The translations under genes and the position numbers were made by a program. 64,000 nt of DNA from Chrysomallon squamiferum (Eukaryota; Animalia; Mollusca): contig CM022679.1 in assembly GCA_012295275.1 (NCBI GenBank), forward strand, positions 24,800,001 through 24,864,000, in the 5' to 3' direction. The notes beneath the pieces were generated by a model, which searched no databases, was not told the DNA's origin, and was given only the letters and a program-made list of their open reading frames with translations. The stretch's first letter is position 1. Every line of letters begins with the position of its first letter. This document shows positions 29,100-41,052 of the stretch, in pieces.

Positions 29100-30693
29100 C
29101 AAGTTCTACATTTAATACAATTCAAGTCAAATCAAGAAAAGTATGGAGTTTTTATCGCCTCTCTCTCATAACTGAATACCGTGATTGTCCCACTCTGGTT
29201 CCTCCTTTTATCATTTTGGAGCATTTGTTCCAGGTTTATTAGATGGACACTACGCAAAACAGTCTTGAAAAAAGAAAGTGAGAAACCAAATACTTTAATA
29301 AGTACATTATTTTATATATCTGTGATAGTAAAACAGTATTAAAAAATATTGTGAATTAGTGAAATGGAGAATAATACTGAAAACATGTCTGTTGCAATTA
29401 CTACTCAAGATATTTATTTCAAATGTTATTAATCAGCCAAAGTGTTATTTCTGTACATCAGAGATAGTGTTTTGTTTTCAACTATTACAAATATATAACA
29501 AGTATGTTGAAGTTATTGACAGTGCATTTTCTTTTCTTGATATAGATATTACCTTATGATCAGAAAATAAGAAAATTCTGATACTTTTAAAGCAGTTGTT
29601 TTATTTTGTCCCTTCTGACAAACAATACTATAAATAAATAAATAAATAAATAAATAAAAAAATAAATAAAGAAAAAAAAGTAATAATAACAAATTAATAA
29701 AAAAATAAATTAAAAAAAATAATAATAATAGAAATATATAAATAACAAATAAAAATAAAAAATTACTTATAATAATGTGAATTAAATAGTAAAAATATTT
29801 TGATAAAAAAATTAGGTTTATCCAAATGATTATTTTGTTAAATATAACAAGTATGTAGATATTTATAAAAAAAAATTCATGACACAGTGAACCAGTAATT
29901 ATGTTAAACTGGGTTTTTTTATTTATTGTAGTGAAGAAGAAGGAAGGCAATGACGATCTGACTCAGTTTGAGAAAGTAGCTACAAACCATTACCTGTCTC
30001 ATACTAACCCATTTGAAAAACAGAAACCTGATAATGGAGACAGCAAAACAAAAAAAAGTAATTTTAATATTTTGTAGAATTTTGCTGGATTTTTTTTCAA
30101 ATATTGTTCAGTGCACTGAGGCTTACATTCAGTCAATTTCTTCCATCAAAACTGTTGGTGTGTGTGTTCTGCAATCACTGTTACTGTATGTAATGGCAAG
30201 ATGTGATAACTTGATAAATTTATAAAACATCGGTTACTGACCAGAAATAAAGCTTTTTGGGAGAGAACTATTTTTACTTTGAAAATTACTTGTTATTTAC
30301 TTATGTATAATGTTCAAAATTAGTATATAACAGCTAGTTTGAATCCTATAACACTATTTTGAGAACAGTTTTCATTTAAAAAATAACAAATAAATTCCTA
30401 TTTCAGTTAGTCATGCATGACTGATGTTTCAGAAAGCTGTGGTCTGTGCTATCTTCCAGTTTAACATTGTTTTCACATATTGTCATATTCTTTTATTAAA
30501 AATGTGTTCAAGACTGCATTTATTTCACAGTGCCTGGACAACCTGTCACAAACTTTTTATCTTCCTTTTCTTTTTAGTTTCCTATCTTCTTGTCAAAAAT
30601 TAAAAAAAAAACCTGTATATTTCTGTGTGTATATGTTTTCTATTTATTTGTATTGCATTTTAAATTGAATATCAGGAGAGACAGCATTTTAAG

Positions 30694-30733
<40 letters not shown>

Positions 30734-30930
30734 CATATTTATTTTTATTTTGCTGTTAGTTCAATGTGAGTATAGATTGTGTGGGATGTGGGTGAGTTTC
30801 TACTTATTTTTATTCCATTTTCAGTTCAGTATCAGATGAGACAGAGGACAAATTTAGAAAACAGAATAATGAGAAGATTGATAAGATTATAAAGATGTTG
30901 ACTGACATGAAACAGCAAACACCAACCTGA
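12827..30930 (+). CDS. TRPM: TRPM2-like transient receptor potential melastatin cation channel, ~23 exons, no NUDT9-H domain, several frameshifts
   Basis: Approximate exons: 12827-12907 (FKQRECSKY), 13323-13491 (CQCGR..WH..DSFGEINF), 13952-14132 (YVRL..WNLPVPKLLISVTGG), 14579-14742 (AWIITGG..GIATWG), 15196-15375 (LDHNHSHFILVDNG), 16680-16846 (IPVIVIEGSGRAAD), ~17432-17550, 17909-17975, 19283-19389 (QLKLALEWN), 19881-20034, 20394-20444, 20759-20885, 23458-23607 (LFIWAVLFNRKEMAELFW), 24008-24107, 24822-25047, 25380-25637 (APVTKF), 25953-26096, 26428-26682 (WNKFD..IGPKVIMI), 26998-27172 (PYFQMYGELF), 28462-28618 (NILLVNLVIAMF), 29104-~29298 (TRP helix VWSFYR), 29931-30057, 30824-30930 (TGA). Confidence 0.95.
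18395..19149. mobile_element. Non-autonomous DNA transposon/MITE-like element in a TRPM intron
   Basis: Imperfect ~70 bp inverted termini: tggttccacccagagggacaaaggctca..atgtagataat vs attatctacat..tgagcctttgtccctctgggtggtacca. No ORF; TSD not identified. Confidence 0.65.
27580..28455 (+). repeat. G-poor low-complexity intronic satellite (TTTA/TACTT/TTGTAC units)
   Basis: Degenerate ttta/tactt repeats over ~0.9 kb; yields spurious F/L/Y/I-rich ORFs. Confidence 0.9.
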
Positions 30931-31559
30931 GAACAGCATCAGAGTATCTATGATTCCTCCGAGGAAGATGAAGATTTTAACCCTTTTTATGAAGTATACT
31001 GATATTGTCATGGAAACAGTATTGTTTCATAAGGTGTCAGTGATGTTGTAAACAGATGAGAATTTTTAAGTATACCTCTGACTGTGTGATCAATCATTTT
31101 TTGTGTGTTCAAGTGACTGTTTATTTTATTCTTTGTATCCAGTCTTTGGTAATGATTACATAGAGCAATACAATGACATGTTTACAAGATTGTAAACAGC
31201 CTGATAGATACAGTGTCTTTTATGTTAATTACAAAACATAGGAAAATCTATTTCAAGCAAGATAAATCCTCAGTTTAACGGGGATTTTTCTATACATCTC
31301 TGCAACAAATCATAAAATAAAATATTTCCTTCATTCACTTTTTATTTTATTGAAATTCTTTATTAGTAGTAAAGAGTTGTACTTGAACACAAAACAGTAA
31401 CTCTTTAGTATACAAAATGTATTTAAATAATTTTATTGCTTTGCTTAATCATTAGAAAAGATTGGTAACAAAAATAAAATAAGTAATCACATGAATATAC
31501 GCAAACTTTTCAAGAAACTGTTTCTACCACTACAATTACAATTCAGTATTACTGGAAAT

Positions 31560-34500
31560 ATTTTAGTTTAAAATATATAAAATATACTAATATAATAACT
31601 AACTATTTTTTTTTTATTAGAATTTTTTATATGAAACCTTTATAGAATAAATATTAAATATTTTATGTAGATTAGTTATCAATGTATTTTTTTTATTTTT
31701 TTTTTTAAACAATTTAATTTTATTTGAATCATTCTAACACTGTTACTTGTATTGGATTGGACAAGCAAAATAATTATATTTTTTAATTTATTCATTCTAT
31801 TTGTGTTTGTACATATTATAAAACTAGGTGAGCAAGAAAGATATATATATATAAATTTTAGAAAATGTTTATTTTAAAAAATTTTATTCAAAAAGGAAAA
31901 GGAAAGGAAAATTTGATTTTCTTTTGATTTTCTTAAATAAAAAAATAAAACTATTAGATTCATCAGTAAAAATTTAGGTGATAAAATTTAATTAAAGATG
32001 ATGATTGTTATTCAAAAAAAAATTAAAATTTTTTAGTTTATTTTTTCCTTCAACATTTAGCTCTCATGCAATGATAAATATATATTAATTGTAATTGTGC
32101 AAGACAAATGTGTGTATGTGTGTGTTGTAACACAGTCACTGTAATACTTGCATTTATCTTTAATCCATTCTCTCTAAAGATTTTTTTTTTTTAACATATA
32201 TTTTAGCATTTACAAAGTAAATGGATGACTAATGATATCTTATTTTTGTTTGTCATATTTTGTTTATAGAAATTTTATATGAAACCTTTTTAAAATAAAA
32301 TTTTTATTTGGTAGGATAACAATTTTTTTTAAATAAATATTTTTTAAAAATTTTTTCAGTTTTGTTTTTTTGAAATAATATTTTGTTTCAATTTTTAACT
32401 GTTTTTTTTTTGTTTTTATTTACACAGTGTGTTTATGAAAATGTATGAGTTTTAGAATGATATATAAATATCTAGAAATTGATTCTTTTAGATCAAAATA
32501 ATAATAATGTGTTGTCCTTTATTAATTTATATTTGATTTGATATTTGAAAATGCTTATGTATGATATTTTTTTTTTTTTTTTTTTGGTTTCTTTTTTTTT
32601 TTTTGTTCTTTATATAATAGAGTTTGGAACAATTTTATCATAACCTTTTACAGTGTTTTATTAATTTTTAGAATAATTTTTCATTTGAATATTTTTGTTC
32701 TTATGTTTTTAAAAAAATATATAAAAATTTTTTACATTGTTTATAAAATTATTTTTAAACCATAGTGCCTCTGATTATAACAGTTTTGATATTTTAATTT
32801 TTCTTCCATTTCAAATATTTTGATAACTTAACATTTTTTTTTTATACCATTGATTTTATTTTTTTTTTTTTTTTTTGTTTCTAAACATTTACTGTATCAA
32901 AAAAAAAAAATGAAAAATATTTTTGATTTGATTTTTTTTTTTTTATTTATTGCTACATAACTACAACAACTCTTCAGAAGAAGAAACTGTATGGCACAAG
33001 AACTTTTCTACAGAGAACAATGTTGTTCATAGTCACTGCTGGCCTTGACATGGAGTCAACAAACAAATTAAAAAATAGATCTACTACAAGATTTCAGAAC
33101 AACTGAAATTATAAGAATTAGGTCACAAGATATTTGCTAACGAAAATATAAATTTTATTAATGAGCTGGTAATAATTCATAATTTTATGTCATTACCAAT
33201 GTATATTTTTATTGTTTTATTTAAATGTTTATTTTAATCATTCTAACACTGCTACTCATTTTGCATACAACTACCAAAGAATATTTTCTGTATTTTATTT
33301 ACACAGATGTGTGTTTGTGAAAATGTCTGAGAGTTAGAATGATGTATAAATATTTAGAAATTGATTTTATTTATTTCTTTTTCTTTTTTAAATGACATAA
33401 TGAAGGAATATTTGGTTTTCTTGATTCAATAATTTTGTGTTGAAAACTTGAGTATAAAATTCTTTCAACAAACTAAAATATTAGATCCACTGATATCAAT
33501 GTATGTTTTTATTTTTTGTATTTAAATTTTAAAAACATACATTGATAACTAATCTACATAAAAAAATAAATAATAATAATATTTTTTTGTATTTAAATTT
33601 TATTTCAATCATTCTAACACTGAAAACACATTGAATATATTTTGCTTATTGCATAGAACAAGCAAAATGTATTCAATGTGTTTTCTTTACTAGATTTGTA
33701 CATTATATAAAATGTACGAGAGCTAGAAAAATAAATAAGTTTGAAAAATATGATGTAATGAAATAAAATTTGATTTTCTTGATTTATAAATAAATAAAAC
33801 TATTAGATTCACCAATGTGAAATTTAGGTGATAAAATATAATTAAAGATGATGATTGTTATTGAAAAAAAATCAATTAAAATGTTTAGTTTATATTTTCC
33901 TCTTCAATATTAAGCTCTCATAGAATGATTATAATTGTACAAGTGTGTTTATATGTGTGTGCATTATAACAATCACTGTAATACTTTTATTTTAACTTTC
34001 ATCCGTCCTCTAAAGATATTTTTTATCATATATTTTAGGATTTACAAAGTATATGGATAACTAATGATATCTTATTTTTGTTTGTCATATTTTGTAGCAT
34101 TTTAGTTTGAAACCTTTTTAAAATAACATATATTTTTTAAAAACATTTTTCAGTTACATATTTTTGAAATAATATTTTGTTTCAATCTCTGTTTAACTGT
34201 TTGTCTATGTATTTTATTTACACAGGTTTGTGTTTGTGAAAATGTATGAGTTTTAGAATGATATATAAATATCTAGAAATTGATTCTTTTAGATCAAAAT
34301 AATAGAAATGTGTTGTCCTTTATTAATTTATATTTGATTTGATGCTTGAAACTGCTTGTATGATATATATATATATTTTAATATGACAAATTTGTTCTTT
34401 ATATAATAGAGTTTGGAACAATTTTATCCTAACCTTTTACTAGTTTAATTAATTTTTAGAATAATTTCTCATTTGAACATTTTTGTTCTTACAGTGTTTG

Positions 34501-36680
34501 TAAAAATATACTTTTTGCATTGTGTATAAAATTAGTTTTAAACCATAGTGCCTCTGATTATAACAGTATTTGATATTTTATTTTATAGTTCCATTTCAAA
34601 TAGAAAACCTTCTACATTTGTTATACCATTCCTTTTATATTTCTTTGGCCTCTTCAGAAAACATTTGTTCCTAAATTATTACCAAAAAATAATGTAGTAT
34701 TTCAAAGGTTAGTGCCACATAACTACAACAACTCTTCAGAAGAAACTGTATGACACAAGAAGTGATCTACAGAGAACAGTGTTGTTCATAGTCACTGCTG
34801 TCTTGACATGTAGTCAACAAGTAAATTAAAAAAAAGATCTACTACAAGATTTCAGTACAACTGAAATTATAAGAATTAGGTCACAAAATATTTGCTAATG
34901 AAAATATAAACTTTATTAATGAGCTGGTAATAATTCATAATTTTATGTTGTTACCAATTTATATTTTAATTGTTTTATTTAAATTTTTATTTTAATCATT
35001 TTATCATTCTAACCTTTTAAAATAACACTATATTTTTAAAAAATTTTTCATACATATTTTTGAAAAATATTTTCTGTGTTTTTTTTACACAGATGTGTGT
35101 TTGTGAAAATGTCCGAGAGTTAGAATGATGTATAAATATTTAGAAATTGATTTTATTTATTTCTTTTTCTTTTTTAAATGACATAATGAAGGAATATTTG
35201 GTTTTCTTGATTCAGTAATTTTTAAAAACTGTTTGAAAACTTGATATATAAAATATATATTTTAAACTAAACTAAAATATTATATCCACTGATAACAAAT
35301 TTGTTCTTTATATGTATGTTTTTTTTTTTTTTTATTTAATTTTTAAAATAATTTCACTGAATATTTTTGTTCTTACAAAAAAAAATAAAATATACTTTTT
35401 TATTTAAAAAAATTAGTTTTTAAAACCATTCTTCCTCTGATTATAAAAAGTATTTGAATTTTATTTTGTTTATTCCATTTCAAAAGAAAATGTTTCAATT
35501 TTTTTTTATACCATTCCTTTTATATTTCTTTATATAAAATTGGAAAATATTTGTTTCTTAAACAAGTTTGAAAAACATAAAAAAAAAAAATAAAATTTGA
35601 TTTTCTTGATTTATAAATAAATAACTACAACAACTCTCCAGAAGAAACTGTATGGCACAAGAAGTGATCTACAGAGAACAGTGTTGTTCATAGTCACTGC
35701 TGACTTGACATGTAGTCAACAAGTAAATTAAAAAATAGATCTACTACAAGATTTCAGAACAACTGAAATTATAAGAATTAGGCCACAAAATATTTGCTAA
35801 CGAAAATATAAACTTTATTAATGAGCTGGTAATAACTCATAATTTTATGTTGTTACCAATTTTTATTTTTGTTTTATTTTTGTATTATTTAATTTTTTAT
35901 TTTAATCATTCTAACACTGCTACTCATTTTGCATACAACTACCAAAGAATATTTTCTGTATTTTATTTACACAGATCTGTGTTTCTGAAAATGTATTATA
36001 TGGGATATTTATTTGTGACAAGATAATTAACAGTAAGACATAAATGTATAACACATAAATATATTTTTACAACCATTTTTGTAGAACCATTTTTGTATGA
36101 ATTTTTGTATGAAACATTTTTAAAATAAATATTAATAATTTTAAGTTGATTAGTTATCAATGTATATTTTATTTTTTGTATTCAGATTTTATTTGAATCA
36201 TTCTAACACTGCTACTTGTATTGCATACAACAAGCAAAATTTATTCAATGTGTTTTCTTTACATAAATTTGTGTTTTACATTATATAAAATGTATGAGAG
36301 CTAGAAAGATATATAAGTATTTAGAAAAAAGCATTTAAAAAGATGACATAATGAAAGAAAATTTGATTTTCTTGATTTATAAATAAATAAAACTATTAGA
36401 TTCACCAATGTGAAATTTAGGCAATAAAATTTAATTAAAGATGATGATTATTATTAAAAAAACAATTAAAATGTTTAGTTTATATTTTCCTCTTCAATGT
36501 TTAGCTCTCATGCAATGATAAATGTATTTTAATTGTGCAAGACTAATGTGTGTATATGTGTGTGCATTATAACAATCACAGTAATACTTCCATTTATCTT
36601 TAATCCGTCCTCTAAATATATATTTAACCATGGATGACTAATGATATCTTATTTTTGGTTGTCATATTTTGTAGAATTTT
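31560..36680 (+). repeat. Complex kb-scale tandem repeat array 3' of TRPM (about 3 copies of interleaved blocks)
   Basis: ctacaacaactct(t/c)cagaag..gttcatagtcactgctg at ~32960, 34722, 35625; attaaagatgatgatt at ~31990, 33840, 36434; gatatcttattttt..gtcatattttgt at ~32234, 34066, 36644. Confidence 0.88.
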
Positions 36681-37046
36681 AAAAACTGAAAAAACCCAAA
36701 CAAATTTAACATTAATTTCACAATTTATTCTCCTCAGCACTGTGTATGAACTCATTTAGCATACAAAATAATTCAGACAAATTGTAGAAACATTTTATTA
36801 ATTGTGGTAATTTCAGTATGAAAAAAACAGTAATGGTATCTAAATGTATCAAGACATTTCCACTTGAATAAGTGTTCTTTTTTATTTCTTTATCATATAT
36901 TTTTTATTAATTTTAATTTTTTTATTTAAAAAAATAATATTAATGTAATGTTTTGATTTAATGAAAGTACAGGTAGATTTAATTTTTTTTTAAAGGAATG
37001 AGCTACATTTTTTAGTTTTCACCTCAACATTAATTATCAGGTAGAT

Positions 37047-37085
<39 letters not shown>

Positions 37086-37678
37086 ATTAAGTGTTTTGTA
37101 CACCAAAACTGATCCACATTTTAAGATGATCTCAGTTTTAACAGAGTCAGAGGAAACAAATCTCATTATGTAACTAACAAACATGTTCTGTCCATAACAA
37201 ACTCCTACACTCTGGTTATAATTTAACAGATACAAATCATGAGCTGAACCATGCTTTAGTTTGTTAAATATAAATCTGTTGATGGTTTAAAGTGGCTAGT
37301 GTTTTTTTATTTTTCAAAGAAGAAATTATGAATCATTTCTTTTTCTAGATAAATTAAATTGTTTGTTATGGGCATGAATAAACTGAATGAATATGATATT
37401 TAATATATCTATCTATCTATCTATCTATATATATATATTTTTTTTTCTCTGGTAATTATGATTATGTTCATGATTTGTCTGGGTTTTTTATTATTAAAAT
37501 AAATAATGGAACTTTTCATACAAGTGTTTTTGGTTTTTATTTTCTGTTAATATTTTAGTTATTTTTTGAGGGGTGTTCTTTTATTGGGGTGGGGGCTGTT
37601 ATTGTTTGTGTTTTTGTTTTATTCTGGTTTTTTATTACATAATTTAATTTAATTTAGATATTTATTCATTATTATTAT

Positions 37679-38470
37679 ACACAGACACTACTGTACTGAA
37701 GAAAATATTTTAAAAACCCAGTATATTTTGTTATAACTCAGTGGATTGTAAATAGTAAAACAGTCACTTTAGGTTACAGGGGTCACTAAAAGTACCTAAT
37801 ATTATGTCTGAAGTGTGATGGACATGTCTGGTTCTTGAAGAATATGCCACTGAATAATTTCAATTATGGTTAAGCTATGTAAAAAGTGGGAGAAGAGAGG
37901 GTCACTGAATAGTTTCAATTATTGCATCTTAAAGATGAGTGCAAGCTGTTGTCAGTATTTTGAATAGTCATAAAATGGGATTGGATGAATTTTAAGCCAT
38001 AAATTCAGTAACATATAAAATCAGTGACAACAACTGTAATCAGCAAATGATAAACGCTTATCTAAATATTTTACAGTTTACGAAATAAAGTTTCTTCATT
38101 TTTAAGTTGCAGTTTCTTATTTTTATGCTGTGTGATGAAAAAAGAAAGTGGTATTTTGTTTAATATATTAAATTAAAATCAAAATAACATAAATATGTGG
38201 CATATAAAAAAAAGACGACATTAAGTTATTACCTTAAAGTAACGAGTCCAACAAAACAGATACTGAAATGTGATCTCCTAGAGAAAGTTGGGATTCCCCT
38301 ACCACTTCATCCAAGCATTCCCGGTAAAACTCGGAACAATTCGGTTAATTTCTGTATATAATAATTATAAAATTCTTTGGCACTATTGATAATGGAGTAA
38401 AAAGCAGAAATTATATTAATTAATGTTCATTTACAAATTAAAGTATACATTTTAATTTAAGATAATGGTT
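37679..38470 (-). pseudogene. Orphan duplicate of the caspase 5' region (promoter, non-coding first exon, part of intron 1)
   Basis: 37679-37935 matches ~45852-46100; 37985-38470 matches ~46720-47250, including attaccttaaagtaacgagtccaacaaaacagatactgaaatgtgatc and GGGATTCCCC (38290-38299). Confidence 0.85.
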
Positions 38471-40915
38471 GATAGTAGACGGATATATATCAATTAATAA
38501 TTGTATAAATATACATGTTTATTTTATGCAACAAAATAAGTGTTTTGTTATGTTGTATATATTTTTTGTATTAATTGATGAACATTAATTATTACTAAAT
38601 AATTTAAATAAAATTTCAAACTTAAATCCCAATACTTGTGAGATCCCAGTTTTTCTGATAATGAACTGTGTAAGAGTTGTCTTCCTTGGTGATTGGAAAT
38701 AGTTTATTAAAAAAAAAAAAAAAAAAAAAAAAATTACAACACATTTTATAATTAATTTATTATTTGATTTAACTTAAAATTCCACATTATGTTTAATTAT
38801 TTAATTTCTGTATCATTCTTGTGCATTGAGATTTTTGTTTTATGTTTTTCATGCATAAAGTTGAAATTCATTTATGTTACATCCTAATACAGTTGTCTGT
38901 AGAAATGGAAAGCTGTCAGTATTGTTTTTCAGTCTGTATTTGTGGTTTGAGATGGCAGAAAGAAAAAAGAAATAAAAACGACAGTATTGTTTGTTGTTTG
39001 TCTGAATGGTCTGCTCAGTTCTGCTGAACAGTGGAAGGAAAATTGAGTAACTCTTCACATTGTCAAACAATTAAGATCAGACACTTTCTAGATACAGGTT
39101 TTGACTGATCTTCGAATTTTTTATTTTGCTTTGTGAATATAAATCATAAACATGCTACATCATTATTCAGCTTACAGAAAACTGACTTTAGAAAGGTATT
39201 ACTTTGTAAATACATTTTTTTTCTTTTCTGATATTTGTAACATTTCCTGCCCAGATTATTGAAATGGGTATTAAAAAAAAAAATAAATAAATAATTGCCA
39301 ACAAATCATTTACAAGAACATCCGAACCTATTTCAGTAGTAATCAGTAATTAATTGTTAATATTATTTATCTGCCCTCAGTTTTTCTGCAAATATGAGGT
39401 GCAAGGTTGTTGGTTTTTTTTTGTTTTTTTTCAATTGCTTGGAATTTGTAGAAGTTATCTCTACATAAGCATAAGCATTTCTCAAACTCTGATAAAAACA
39501 CAAATGATATCTAAAATGTTTCATGTGGTTTAAATGACATTTACTAAATATATATATTTTAAATAATTTGAAAACTGTAATAATCAAAGGTACTGAATCA
39601 GTATTTCTCAACCTTTTTTTAAAATCCCATGCCCCACTTTGATTTTCAAGAAATCCTATGCCTTACAATGACTGGAAGCACAATAACACATTATATATAT
39701 TTAAGAGACAAGTTAGATGATGTAAATGACATTGAATTGATCCAGGGCATATGTTACTGCAGAGTGACTAACAAGGGTGAGATGAAGCAGTTTTTTTCAT
39801 GCCCTTAAGAGACATACGGCACATCTTCAGACTTTTGAAAATTTTAAATTCCAAACCTATAAAAGCTCTCTTATATTGATTCATCTGCCCACCAAAATAC
39901 CACCATACCGCATTTTGAGAAACCTCAGTAAATCATCAGTAAAATTAGTTCTATGTTGAATGAAGAGTAATTCCTCTTCAGTTTTCCTCATGTTTTGATG
40001 TGTAACTTTGACGTATATACACATTTGCATGCACAGACTCTCATAAGGATAAAAATCTAGCTTCAGAAAGTAACCACAAAATATTGTTTTATATATATAA
40101 AATTTTATTAGCAGGCAACATTGGATGACAAAGATCAGATAGAATAAGAACATTAATAAAAATCATTTGATTTAGCTGCTTCTGAAAATACAGCTGTGGG
40201 AAGACTTTTAAAAGGCATTTTTATATATATATAAATTAATTAGCATAAAATTTCATATCAAATGTAGTTTACTAAATAAAATTACTTTTATTTTATTATT
40301 TTTAGTTTTACATTATAATTAATATTATTAGTCTGTGTTGTTGTTGTTATTTTTTTTTTTTTAGAACAAAAATGTTTTTGAAGTGTGAGCTAATATATAC
40401 TTTAAAAAAAAATTACAAATCAAAAAGTCTAAATTACATATTCTCAGAAAGGTATGTCTGTTAAAAAAATATATATTTTTTTATATTTTTATCCTTGATA
40501 TTTATTTTAAAAATATATATGTACATAACTATAAAAATTTCTTTATAATGTACATGTTACAAATTGCAACAGACATACACAATTAAAACAAAATAAAAAT
40601 ATGAAATCTAGTAAGTGAAATAAAACAAAAAATGTAGACATTTTATTTATTTATCTTTTCCTTGAAAAAGATTATAATACAAATTTTGATTTAGTAAGCA
40701 CCAATATTTAGAAAATTATATACATATTTGTGTATGTGTATACATATGTGTGACATCTGTATGTATGTGCATGTGTCTGTGATGTATGCATGTGTGTGTG
40801 GACATGTAACTAAATATAGTCAATAAAAATATTTATCAAATTAGTTTGTACACTAAAAGAGATGAACATCCTAAAAGAATCTATAAAAAATCAGAACAAT
40901 TCCAAGTTTTATAGA

Positions 40916-40954
<39 letters not shown>

Positions 40955-41052
40955 ATTGTGGTTATAATATTATGAAAATGAAAACATTGAAGTATAAGAC
41001 TACAAATGATTTTGTAACTATTATATTGTTACATATAGAAGTTACTCTGTAA

